Source of the DNA: an uncultured virus (IMG/VR IMGVR_UViG_3300020577_011735)
Lineage: Duplodnaviria; Heunggongvirae; Uroviricota; Caudoviricetes
DNA: 64,000 nt
Virus record (IMG/VR): IMGVR_UViG_3300020577_011735
Direction: 5' to 3' (one strand)
A model generated the notes under the pieces. It saw nothing but the letters and a program-made list of their open reading frames with translations, searched no databases and was not told the DNA's origin. A program made the position numbers and the translations under genes. Positions 11,130-20,064 of the stretch are shown in pieces. The stretch's first letter is position 1; each line of letters starts with the position of its first letter.

Positions 11130-11652
11130 AACTAAATGGTATACCGTGAAGGTAATGTCAAACAGGGAAAGAATAGTATCAGAAAGACTTAAATCCGAAA
11201 TGGATAGAAATGAAGTAGAATCAAAGGTTATTGTTCCTATGGAAAAGGTCTATTTTGCTAAAAATGGTAAAAAGGCACATCGTGACAAAATTATGTATCC
11301 GGGTTATATTTTTGTAGAAACAGCTAGTTTAGCTGTCTTACAAGAAGCACTTAAACTTGTATCGAATAATTCCGGCATTTTAAAATCAAAAACAGGAGAG
11401 CCATCCTTTCTTAGACAAGATGAGATAGATAAGATGATCAATGATGCTAATAAACCTGAAGTAGATATTGACTTTCTCAACTTTGTAGTTGGTGAAACTG
11501 TTAGAATAAATGGTGGTCCTTTTGATAATTTTAAAGGTGAGGTTGAAGAAATTAATAAAGAAAAAGGTAAGGTTAAGGTAAATGTTCTTATCTTTGGTAG
11601 ATCAACTCCAGTTGATTTACAAATTGATCAAATTGAAAAAATAATCGAATGA
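11119..11652 (+). CDS. nusG: transcription elongation/antitermination factor NusG
   Basis: NGN domain (KWYTV...YPGYIFVE) plus KOW domain (GETVRINGGPFDNFKGEVEE...IFGRSTPV). Confidence 0.93.
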   Translation: MESKTKWYTVKVMSNRERIVSERLKSEMDRNEVESKVIVPMEKVYFAKNGKKAHRDKIMYPGYIFVETASLAVLQEALKLVSNNSGILKSKTGEPSFLRQDEIDKMINDANKPEVDIDFLNFVVGETVRINGGPFDNFKGEVEEINKEKGKVKVNVLIFGRSTPVDLQIDQIEKIIE

Positions 11653-11939
11653 GAAAAGAAGATTTAGAATTTTTTGAAAAATTAATAGGTGACTTAAATG
11701 CTGGATTCGGTAAGGAATATAATCTATTTGCATGTGAAGAAGGTATTAAAATATCCGAAGCGTTAAAAACCAAAGAAAAAATAATTGAGTTTCACAAATC
11801 TACATGGGAAGTCCAAAAAGAAATGGTGCCAACTATTGATGATGGCCACTCTGGGAATACATTTGGGTTGGCTTGTAAATTAGCCATTGCTTATATACCA
11901 ATGATAAGAGATAAAAAAATTGATATTATAATAACTTAA
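11649..11939 (+). CDS. hypothetical protein with C-terminal tag
   Basis: DGHSGNTFG motif; ends IRDKKIDIIIT. Confidence 0.65.
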   Translation: MRKEDLEFFEKLIGDLNAGFGKEYNLFACEEGIKISEALKTKEKIIEFHKSTWEVQKEMVPTIDDGHSGNTFGLACKLAIAYIPMIRDKKIDIIIT

Positions 11940-12682
11940 TGCAAACATCAAATTTGATATATGGAAACTGTTGTGTACTCTCACCTGAGGGTATTTTGAT
12001 GTTTAGATGTAACACTAAAAAAGTAAATTGGTATTTAAATAGAGGTCTTGCCTCAATAGTAAGTGACGACCCACTAACAATTAAGCTAAACTTTACTCCA
12101 AATGGGTTAGGAAATCACAATAAAGGATATGGATTATCTAAAATGCATAATAAATGTGTTAATTGTGGAATAGAAGAAGGATTAACTAAACATCACGTCG
12201 TTCCTATAAGCTATAGAAAATTCTTTTCTGAAGAAATAAAGTCTCACAATTTTCATGATGTTTTGCCTATGTGTGTTGAATGTCACGAAAAATATGAAAG
12301 AAAAGCTGATGAATATAAAAGGGAGCTAGCTTCTAAATATGAAGCCCCAATAGATGGACTCATTATAAATAAAAGTGATGTGCCTGTTAAATATATAAAA
12401 ATGGCTCTTGCTCTTATTAAAGATTCAAAAATTCCAAGTAGGAGGAGAAAAGACATGAGGAATAAAATCAAATCCCAATTTAATCTGAAAAGATTGACTA
12501 GGAAAAAGATTAAAAAAATATCCGAAATAAAATCAACTATAGTTAAGAAAACACATGGGGAAATTGTTGTTAGTAAACTATCTAATATACCCTTGTTTAT
12601 AGAGTCTTGGAGGACACACTTTGTACAAAATAATGAATGTAATCATCTACCAGAAAACTGGAATATAAATTACAAATTGTAA
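11939..12682 (+). CDS. HNH-like zinc-binding protein resembling the EXD2 C-terminal domain
   Basis: YGNC..LSPEG..MFRC..KK..WYL.RGLA, CVNCG, HHVVP, KSHNFHDVLPMCVECH. Confidence 0.7.
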   Translation: MQTSNLIYGNCCVLSPEGILMFRCNTKKVNWYLNRGLASIVSDDPLTIKLNFTPNGLGNHNKGYGLSKMHNKCVNCGIEEGLTKHHVVPISYRKFFSEEIKSHNFHDVLPMCVECHEKYERKADEYKRELASKYEAPIDGLIINKSDVPVKYIKMALALIKDSKIPSRRRKDMRNKIKSQFNLKRLTRKKIKKISEIKSTIVKKTHGEIVVSKLSNIPLFIESWRTHFVQNNECNHLPENWNINYKL

Positions 12683-12710
12683 TTTAATATATAAAGAAAA
12701 TAATTTTCCA

Positions 12711-13016
12711 ATGAAAAAATATCAAACTAATGATGGTTCTATAAATGAGAGCAAGGCTGAATTAAGCTTACTAAATAATTTGTTGGATTTTTACATATCA
12801 AAATACGCTTCTTCTTCAATAGAAGAGACTGAACAACACTTTCTAAATGCTCTTGGATCTTTGGTTGATAGAGGTGAAATTGATGAAAGGGTAGTTAAAG
12901 AATTTTTAGATGATAAAGGAATCGAAGGTGATATTCCCAAATATAAACCAAAATCTCATAATTCTTCTTCTAATTATGATCCTTGTGGAAGAACTTCTTA
13001 TAATTCTCACTGTTAA
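12711..13016 (+). CDS. hypothetical protein with leader-like N terminus
   Basis: Follows TAATATATA at 12685; starts MKKYQTNDGSINES. Confidence 0.65.
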   Translation: MKKYQTNDGSINESKAELSLLNNLLDFYISKYASSSIEETEQHFLNALGSLVDRGEIDERVVKEFLDDKGIEGDIPKYKPKSHNSSSNYDPCGRTSYNSHC

Positions 13017-13025
13017 ATAAAAATT

Positions 13026-13913
13026 ATGAATAAAATTGAACTGTTTGGTAGAGAAATACCACTAAGAACTCATTACTGTCATATATTCGGTAAGGAAAAT
13101 AGGGAAGTCGATGAACCTTATGTTAACCTATATGTTAGATCAAAGTTCTGTAATGCAAAATGCCAGTTTTGTACATTCGCAGAAAATGCATCTAACTATA
13201 ACGAACAAAAATTCATTGACACGTTAAAAGAAATTACTTCAAAAGTTAAGATTAAAAAAATTGCATTTACTGGTGGTGAGCCTACACTTTATTGGGACAA
13301 GTTTAAAAGCGCAGTAACTATAGCAAAAGAAATGGTTCCTGATGCAGGCCTCTCAATGAATACTGATGGATTTAGACTACATCAATTAATGGAGGATCCA
13401 ATTTCGAAATGGTTTTCGAATATACATATTAGTCGCCATCATTTTGATGATGATTTAAATAATGAAATTTTTGGAACAAAAACTCCATCAATGGACGATT
13501 TGAAATGGGCACAGTCGATGACCGATGACAAATATCAGATACAACTAAGTTGTAACCTAATCAAGGGTTATATTGATGAAAAAGAAAAAATGTATCAATA
13601 TTTAGAATGGGTTAATTCATTAGAAATAAATAATGTTGGGTTTGTTTCTTTGATGCCTGTCAATAAATACAGTCGTGATAATTATATTGGGTATAATATG
13701 CACAATCTAATAAATGAACGATTTAATGTAACTAAAGAATGGTCTTATAAAGAATCTTGTGAGTGTACTAATTATATTTATATACCAGAAAATCTAAGAG
13801 AAACTATTCGAGTTTATCATAAAAATACATATCGTCCATTTGATGTCAATGAAACAATTATATTTGATGGTGAGAATGTCAAATTAGGATTTGATGGTGA
13901 GATTATTGCTTAA
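13026..13913 (+). CDS. radical SAM protein
   Basis: CxxxCxxC (CNAKCQFC), FTGGEP, NTDG. Confidence 0.9.
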   Translation: MNKIELFGREIPLRTHYCHIFGKENREVDEPYVNLYVRSKFCNAKCQFCTFAENASNYNEQKFIDTLKEITSKVKIKKIAFTGGEPTLYWDKFKSAVTIAKEMVPDAGLSMNTDGFRLHQLMEDPISKWFSNIHISRHHFDDDLNNEIFGTKTPSMDDLKWAQSMTDDKYQIQLSCNLIKGYIDEKEKMYQYLEWVNSLEINNVGFVSLMPVNKYSRDNYIGYNMHNLINERFNVTKEWSYKESCECTNYIYIPENLRETIRVYHKNTYRPFDVNETIIFDGENVKLGFDGEIIA

Positions 13914-14028
13914 ATGGAATACTTATATCTATTGAAGAATCATCAGAAATTGAAACTCAGATCCGTTTAATGAATCAGAAAATAGATTCTTTAATAAATC
14001 TAATAATGACGTGGTTTTTTACACTTTT

Positions 14029-14553
14029 TTAAAAATTAGAGAGGATGTATGTTTTTATAAAAATTCTTAGGTAAAAAACCTTTTTATTTGTTTCAGTATT
14101 CGTTGTGTCTCTGATTGACTCAATTTTATATTCAACATTAGATCTTTTCAATCTTTTTTCTATTTCATTAAGTTTATTTGATATATCAGATAGGCTATCA
14201 AACTCAGCAATTATAATTATTATTCCTGCTGATTTACTAAACTGTATAGTTATTCCACTTGATGGATTCTCAGTTATATCAAGAAAATAATCTTCGACTT
14301 CATCAATTATATCTGACTTTTTTTTGAAATAATCATAAGCATTTAATAATTTCCTCATATTGTCATAACTACTAATATTATAATTATCATTTTTAATATC
14401 AATAATAAATGGAACAAGCTCTTTGACTTTCGAATATTCTTGCTCTCCGATGAAGTCAATAATATCAATAAATTCCTCCTCTGTTAAACCAAAATCTAAT
14501 AATATTTTTTCTGTTATATCGTCTGATTCAAATATCTTTTTTAAATATTTCAT
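14029..14553 (-). CDS. hypothetical protein with N-terminal leader motif
   Basis: MKYLKKIFES; TAATATATA upstream at 14558-14566. Confidence 0.7.
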   Translation of the reverse strand: MKYLKKIFESDDITEKILLDFGLTEEEFIDIIDFIGEQEYSKVKELVPFIIDIKNDNYNISSYDNMRKLLNAYDYFKKKSDIIDEVEDYFLDITENPSSGITIQFSKSAGIIIIIAEFDSLSDISNKLNEIEKRLKRSNVEYKIESIRDTTNTETNKKVFYLRIFIKTYILSNF

Positions 14554-14588
14554 ATTTTATATATTAAAAAATAAACTATATTTGTATA

Positions 14589-14948
14589 ATGGAAGAATTT
14601 TATACACCCGAAACCTTTAATCAAGACAAATACAAAAAAACTGGATGGGAAATATTTTTAATTAATAGTAACCAAGATAATGGTAAAATAAGATTAGTGG
14701 TAAGGGTTGCGACCGGAAGAAAGTACTGGCCGATATTTACGGTATTGCCAAATTTTGAAATGGGTTTAGAAGATCCTATTCTTAAGGAAATAAAATTTTC
14801 TTTAAATTCATATACTTTTCCTATGGTTGATAGATTTATTAAAGAGTTAAATATTACTCTATGTGATTTATATAAAATAAACATTGATTTATATAAAATT
14901 GAATCTGGAATAAAAATTCCAGGATATTATTCATCGAATAATTTTTAA
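14589..14948 (+). CDS. hypothetical protein
   Basis: 119-aa ORF after TATATTTG. Confidence 0.6.
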   Translation: MEEFYTPETFNQDKYKKTGWEIFLINSNQDNGKIRLVVRVATGRKYWPIFTVLPNFEMGLEDPILKEIKFSLNSYTFPMVDRFIKELNITLCDLYKINIDLYKIESGIKIPGYYSSNNF

Positions 14949-14959
14949 TATATACTCTT

Positions 14960-15631
14960 ATGAGGCATATTAAAAAATTTGAGTCATACGAATCAAAGGT
15001 AGCTGAAAAAAATAAAAAGCACCATTACCTAAATTCTATTAAGGAAAATTTAATATCCAAAATGAGGCATAACCCGATTGATGTTTGGTATGACTTAGAT
15101 GATAGATTAATTGAATTAAAAGATAAGTTTGGAACGTTCATTAATAAATATGACTCCGCAAGACCAGTAATAGATTTTGACGATATTGATATTGAAGTAG
15201 ATATTAAGAAGGAAAATTATTACACATTAGCACATATTTCAAATTATAAATGGAAAGGAGGAGATAGAGTTAGTTTAGAAGAGGCTAATATGGAGTACAG
15301 TATGTATTTGTCTAGCTTTGATGATGAATTTCTAAAATATTATGAAAGGTATAAATACTCTAAGACAGATGTTTTAAAACCTTTCTACTCTATTTTAATT
15401 GGATTTGATATTGACTATAGAAAAGAAAATAAAGAAAAACAAGAAGAGCTTGCATCTGAATTAGGAAATGAAGTATCGTCTGCACTTCATAGAGTACCAT
15501 ATACTACTAAAATAAAAAGCATAGAATATTTTGACGATGAAAAAAGTGAATGGTTTAAACTACCACCATCATTTAACTCTTTGATGGAATTAAAGCATCC
15601 AAGAGTTAAAGTTAGTTTTTTCGTAGATTAA
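14960..15631 (+). CDS. hypothetical protein with N-terminal leader motif
   Basis: MRHIKKFESYES; TAATATATA at 14946. Confidence 0.7.
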   Translation: MRHIKKFESYESKVAEKNKKHHYLNSIKENLISKMRHNPIDVWYDLDDRLIELKDKFGTFINKYDSARPVIDFDDIDIEVDIKKENYYTLAHISNYKWKGGDRVSLEEANMEYSMYLSSFDDEFLKYYERYKYSKTDVLKPFYSILIGFDIDYRKENKEKQEELASELGNEVSSALHRVPYTTKIKSIEYFDDEKSEWFKLPPSFNSLMELKHPRVKVSFFVD

Positions 15632-15663
15632 ATTTAATATATAATAAAAATTAATATAATAAT

Positions 15664-15999
15664 ATGAATGATATATTAACCTTCGGTTCATTTAGAATGG
15701 TAGAAAGCGTAGATACAAAACTTGTACTTTATAGACTAGTTGCTGTTGAATCTGATGAACCTTTAGTAGTAGATACTAAAAATCCAGGAAAATACTATTT
15801 TAAAAATGAAAAAGACGTAACTACTGAAGTTCTTAAAAAGAAAGGAGAAGAATATCATGTTATTAAGGTTTCAGTATCTTCATCAAATGTTGATGAAGAC
15901 TTATCTAAAGAAGAGTCTGAAAAGCATGGTTGTGACTGTGTTGTTTTAAAAGATGACTCCAAAGTAGAATACGAAGGAACCGAACCATTTAATAAATAA
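15664..15999 (+). CDS. hypothetical protein with leader-like N terminus
   Basis: MNDILTFGSFRMVES; TAATATATA at 15635. Confidence 0.65.
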   Translation: MNDILTFGSFRMVESVDTKLVLYRLVAVESDEPLVVDTKNPGKYYFKNEKDVTTEVLKKKGEEYHVIKVSVSSSNVDEDLSKEESEKHGCDCVVLKDDSKVEYEGTEPFNK

Positions 16000-16085
16000 A
16001 AAATACTCATTTATACATCTCCATGGATAGTATCCATGGACCGACACCCACATAAAAAGTGGGTGTTTACTTTTATATATACCAT

Positions 16086-16550
16086 ATGAAATATCTTAAG
16101 AAATTGGTTGACTTTTTTAAATCAGTCAAGCCCGTGCCAAAAAAAGATAGGCCAATTGAAATAAAAGAAAATCTATATAGGGAAATTTCTGAAAGTGAAT
16201 TAAATAATTTTATAGATACGCACAAGAATGATTTTTTTTCATTATCTGAATTAGATGATATTCTTAAATTAGGAAAAGAAAACCGAATAGGTGGTATCAT
16301 CTATAAAGAAGGTGATTTTTCACGGCTGGAGTTTAATAAAGATAAATGCACCGATATAACAGGTTTCATTTTTAGTAATCCTTACTCGTTAGATTATCGT
16401 TGGGTATTCTCATTAAAAAAATATGAGGATGACTGGTATATTTTCAAAGAAAAAAGTAGAGAAATAAATAGGTTAGGCTTTAATGAATGTAACAAATATT
16501 ATTTATGTGATACCTTCGATGGTGTAAAACAATTATTAAATAAAAAATAA
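16086..16550 (+). CDS. hypothetical protein, paralogue of 41488-41895
   Basis: Likely start ATG 16086 (MKYLKK); C-terminal EDDWY...YLCDTFDGV matches EDSWY...FLCDDIVGI. Confidence 0.65.
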   Translation: MKYLKKLVDFFKSVKPVPKKDRPIEIKENLYREISESELNNFIDTHKNDFFSLSELDDILKLGKENRIGGIIYKEGDFSRLEFNKDKCTDITGFIFSNPYSLDYRWVFSLKKYEDDWYIFKEKSREINRLGFNECNKYYLCDTFDGVKQLLNKK

Positions 16551-17447
16551 TTCTCTATATTTTATCACAGCCAAATCTTTAGCCTTTGCCTCAATCTCAA
16601 TATCAAAGTCTTCACCAAATGTTTGTATAGATTCATAGATATAGTCAGCGTGTGCTGTATTCTTAGCTTTTGAATCTTCTAACTGTTTAGAAGAGGACAT
16701 ATGAGTAAGTGGTTTAACTTTCCATGTAGAAAGGGCTAATTTAAGTGCATCTTCCATATTTTGGTCTTGTGGACCGTATAAGAAATGAAATTGGTCAAAT
16801 ACAATCGGAATACCAATTCTCTGATATACTAACTCATGTAGCAATTTAACAGAATACTGAGAATCCTTATCATCATTCTCAACAGTCAGCCTACTTTTAC
16901 AGGAATCAGATAGTAATTCAAATGATTTACAAAATCTATCAGCTGCCAATTCTCTTGTTGGTTGTGTTGTGTTAATATGAATATTAATTGGGTAGTAATG
17001 TGATTGATCTAAACCCATTAAATCCATCAACTCAGAATGTTTATTAAGCTCATCAATAGTTTTTGTAACTACATCGGGATTCTCACTACCCAAAACATTG
17101 AAGGGACCAGGATGAAAGCTAACACGCATGCCACTTGATTTGACCTTATCACCAATCTGTTTAAGTAAATCTTTGATTGTATCAAACTTAGGAAGATCTT
17201 CAAATTTATAATGTGTCATCCAAGGAAATGAATCACTACTCATTCTATAAACAAGAATGTTATTTTTGATATTCCAATCTAACACTTTAATTGTGTCTTG
17301 CAAATTGGGAATAACTAATTCAGAAACATAGGATAATCCTTTTGTTTCGAATGTCTTTTTAACCATTCCTCTATTAACAGAGATTTGGTCTTTCTTTTTT
17401 AATCCTTCATTAATTCCTATGCAGATGCAGCAGTATCCTATATTCAT
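16536..17447 (-). CDS. uvsE: UV damage endonuclease UvsE/UVDE
   Basis: IGYCC, YRMSS, SFHPGPF, LTVENDD, IVFDQFH, HADY, IEAKAKD. Confidence 0.93.
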   Translation of the reverse strand: MNIGYCCICIGINEGLKKKDQISVNRGMVKKTFETKGLSYVSELVIPNLQDTIKVLDWNIKNNILVYRMSSDSFPWMTHYKFEDLPKFDTIKDLLKQIGDKVKSSGMRVSFHPGPFNVLGSENPDVVTKTIDELNKHSELMDLMGLDQSHYYPINIHINTTQPTRELAADRFCKSFELLSDSCKSRLTVENDDKDSQYSVKLLHELVYQRIGIPIVFDQFHFLYGPQDQNMEDALKLALSTWKVKPLTHMSSSKQLEDSKAKNTAHADYIYESIQTFGEDFDIEIEAKAKDLAVIKYRELFFI

Positions 17448-17456
17448 ATTACAAAT

Positions 17457-17948
17457 TTAAGAAGAGAAAGTGAGATAAATATCTTTTTTAATAATATCAA
17501 CATCATTTTTTTCTATAGGTAGGCTATTTAAAACAGATATAGGATTTTCAACACCGTAATCCTTTTTTATCAAATTTTGTTGTTTTATTACATTAAATAG
17601 TTCTTTATTAAACTTACCGTCTATATAAACATTATCTATAACTACATTCATAAAATTTTTTGATATATTGAGTTCTTTTCCCCAACTACGCAACTGAAAT
17701 AATCCTATCATCACTTTTAATTCACAAATTTCAAACTCATAGATACAGAAATATTCAGTAGTTGTCATATTTTCTGTTTTTTGATTATTATTAGATTCAT
17801 GAAAATAAATATTAATTGGGGTTTCACTTTTTATTTTTTCAATGAGTGCTAGTATGATTTTATTATCCTCTTTAGCACCAAATATTTTTTTGATCTTTTT
17901 AGTAATTTTACTAAAGTTAAATTTTTCAAAAGTAATAATGTATTTCAT
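17457..17948 (-). CDS. hypothetical protein with N-terminal leader motif
   Basis: MKYIITFEKF; TAATATATA upstream at 17954-17962. Confidence 0.65.
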   Translation of the reverse strand: MKYIITFEKFNFSKITKKIKKIFGAKEDNKIILALIEKIKSETPINIYFHESNNNQKTENMTTTEYFCIYEFEICELKVMIGLFQLRSWGKELNISKNFMNVVIDNVYIDGKFNKELFNVIKQQNLIKKDYGVENPISVLNSLPIEKNDVDIIKKDIYLTFSS

Positions 17949-17952
17949 TAAA

Positions 17953-18120
17953 CTATATATTAAAAAGGAGTTTCAATTTAAGTTTCTCCTTTTCAAGTTT
18001 TTGTTTATACTTTTCCCATTTATCAGGATCATTCTGTTTCATATTTTTACTATTAACAGCTTTCTCAAGAAATTTGATATATTCTTCAATTTCTTTTTTT
18101 GTGGGTTTTTTATTCTTCAT
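17953..18120 (-). CDS. small basic hypothetical protein (not in ORF track)
   Basis: 55-aa ORF MKNKKPTKKEIEEYIKFLEKAV...KLKLLFNI read by hand. Confidence 0.5.
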   Translation of the reverse strand: MKNKKPTKKEIEEYIKFLEKAVNSKNMKQNDPDKWEKYKQKLEKEKLKLKLLFNI

Positions 18121-18282
18121 CTAAAATATTTTTTAATATGCTAAGAAAAACCTTGCCCTTTCAGGAACAGTCATTTTTTTAACTCTTCTTTTAGGTGATC
18201 AGTAGCCAGTTTAAAAAAAGAATTTTCATCTAATCCAGATTGTTTTAATTCTAAATACTTTTCTTTTAGTTTATTTATTACC

Positions 18283-18564
18283 TCATTTATCATCTAATAT
18301 TTCTTTTATGATTTTATCTCTATGGTTGGATTGCAATATAGAAAATATTTCTTCCATACTCATCACATGTTCTTTTGTCATTTTACATGTATCTTCATAT
18401 TCAAATTGAGCAATATTAATTAGTTCATTTATATTGTTGCTATATTTACTATTTCCATTTTTTAATTCATCTTCAATCTCATTGGATATGGATTTTAGTG
18501 ACCAAGTGGTATTCCACTTTAATAGATATTTTAAGTAGGCTGATATAAATTCTAATTTAGTCAT
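18283..18564 (-). CDS. hypothetical protein with C-terminal tag
   Basis: Ends HRDKIIKEILDDK; TATATTTG upstream. Confidence 0.65.
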   Translation of the reverse strand: MTKLEFISAYLKYLLKWNTTWSLKSISNEIEDELKNGNSKYSNNINELINIAQFEYEDTCKMTKEHVMSMEEIFSILQSNHRDKIIKEILDDK

Positions 18565-18601
18565 ATTTACAAATATACAAAAATAATTTTATATATATTA
18601 T

Positions 18602-18991
18602 ATGAGGATAAAAACATATGAATCGTGGAAATCTGAAGATAAAGAAACTAAAGAATTAGTGGAAGATTTGTTCCAACCAGTGTATGACAAATGGAAAATT
18701 AAAAAAATACCATCAAATAACGTCGCTGGTGATTTCATGACTCGTGTTTATGACGATTCCATTTATTATCATATAGACGATAGTATTGATGGTATTGTAT
18801 TTAAAATATATCAAAATAGATTTGCTCCTTATGATGTATTTAATACATTAGTTAAAGACAGTATAGAAATATTAGATAGGTTAAAAAAATTTGATTTAAA
18901 ATACGATATAAAATTTGATACAAGTGTTATTCAAAACCCCTATAATTGGGGAATGTTGAATACATTTATATTAAAATTAAAGAGATTGTAA
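18602..18991 (+). CDS. hypothetical protein with N-terminal leader motif
   Basis: Starts MRIKTYESW. Confidence 0.65.
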   Translation: MRIKTYESWKSEDKETKELVEDLFQPVYDKWKIKKIPSNNVAGDFMTRVYDDSIYYHIDDSIDGIVFKIYQNRFAPYDVFNTLVKDSIEILDRLKKFDLKYDIKFDTSVIQNPYNWGMLNTFILKLKRL

Positions 18992-19660
18992 TTTTTTCAT
19001 AAATGATCTAACCAATTCCCTATCAACTTTTGATGTAGTATTACCACCTTTAAAATAACTACCAATTATTGATCCGTTAGCAATTTTTAATTGATCGATA
19101 TTATCAGAAGTTAACCCAGCACCAATGATAAGTGGAAAATCACCAATTATTTCTCTAAATATTTTTATCTTGTCCAATGGAGTTTCCTTTCCAGTTCCAG
19201 ATCCAGTTACAACGATAGCATCACACAATAGCTTTGCTTTTGTTAAATCCTCCTTTAAGTCTGAACCTTTGGTTGGTATATAATATTTAGGCCACACTCC
19301 ACCAAGAACAGATACATTAGGATATTTATTACGATAAGACATATAGTGATCGATATCTAAATATGTGTTTCTTTCATATCTACCAGAAATGTAATCCATT
19401 TGAATAAAACTACCATACTTATCAGCAAGTTCAAATGCCAAATCATATTCATTTGGTAAAATATTGATACCTATTTCAATTTTGACATCTTTTAAATTAT
19501 GAAGTACATCAATAACATCATCAGTACTTCCATGATAATTTTCGACTATTACACCTTGAACACCTTCCTCTTGATAAATTTTAATTTCCTCAAGTGCCCT
19601 TTCAAGTGGATCAGTCCCATAAAGGTGGATCATTCCAAATATTGATTTATTAAATTTCAT
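18977..19660 (-). CDS. BtpA/SgcQ-family TIM-barrel protein
   Basis: FGMIHL, GVIVENY, GINIL, DAIVVTGSGTG, IIGAG...IIGSYFK. Confidence 0.8.
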   Translation of the reverse strand: MKFNKSIFGMIHLYGTDPLERALEEIKIYQEEGVQGVIVENYHGSTDDVIDVLHNLKDVKIEIGINILPNEYDLAFELADKYGSFIQMDYISGRYERNTYLDIDHYMSYRNKYPNVSVLGGVWPKYYIPTKGSDLKEDLTKAKLLCDAIVVTGSGTGKETPLDKIKIFREIIGDFPLIIGAGLTSDNIDQLKIANGSIIGSYFKGGNTTSKVDRELVRSFMKKLQSL

Positions 19661-19991
19661 TTATAATACTATTTATTTTGTTATCTCTTATCGTTTGCTT
19701 ATAGTTTAATATGTATTCTTGCAAATCTTTACTTAAACTATGTTCACTGTCGTAACTTCCACTTTTATCAAAGTATGGATTAACACAGATTGATCCTCTT
19801 TCTCTATCTATTGAAACGGTACGACTACCATCTTGATATACATATTTAGGTTTATCTTCTATAGGCTCTATAATTAAGGAGGTACCATACATTATTCTTA
19901 AACAGATTTCACCTTTATTTTTAAAATAGTCAATAATATAATTAATATCTACATTTTCAACCATTTCTTTATCATTAACATAATATGCCAT
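19650..19991 (-). CDS. hypothetical protein with C-terminal tag
   Basis: Ends IRDNKINSIINEI; TATATTTG upstream. Confidence 0.65.
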   Translation of the reverse strand: MAYYVNDKEMVENVDINYIIDYFKNKGEICLRIMYGTSLIIEPIEDKPKYVYQDGSRTVSIDRERGSICVNPYFDKSGSYDSEHSLSKDLQEYILNYKQTIRDNKINSIINEI

Positions 19992-20064
19992 ATCACAAAT
20001 ATACTAAAATCTTTTCATAAAACTAAAATAATATATACATATAGTAAAATAATATTATCTTTGT

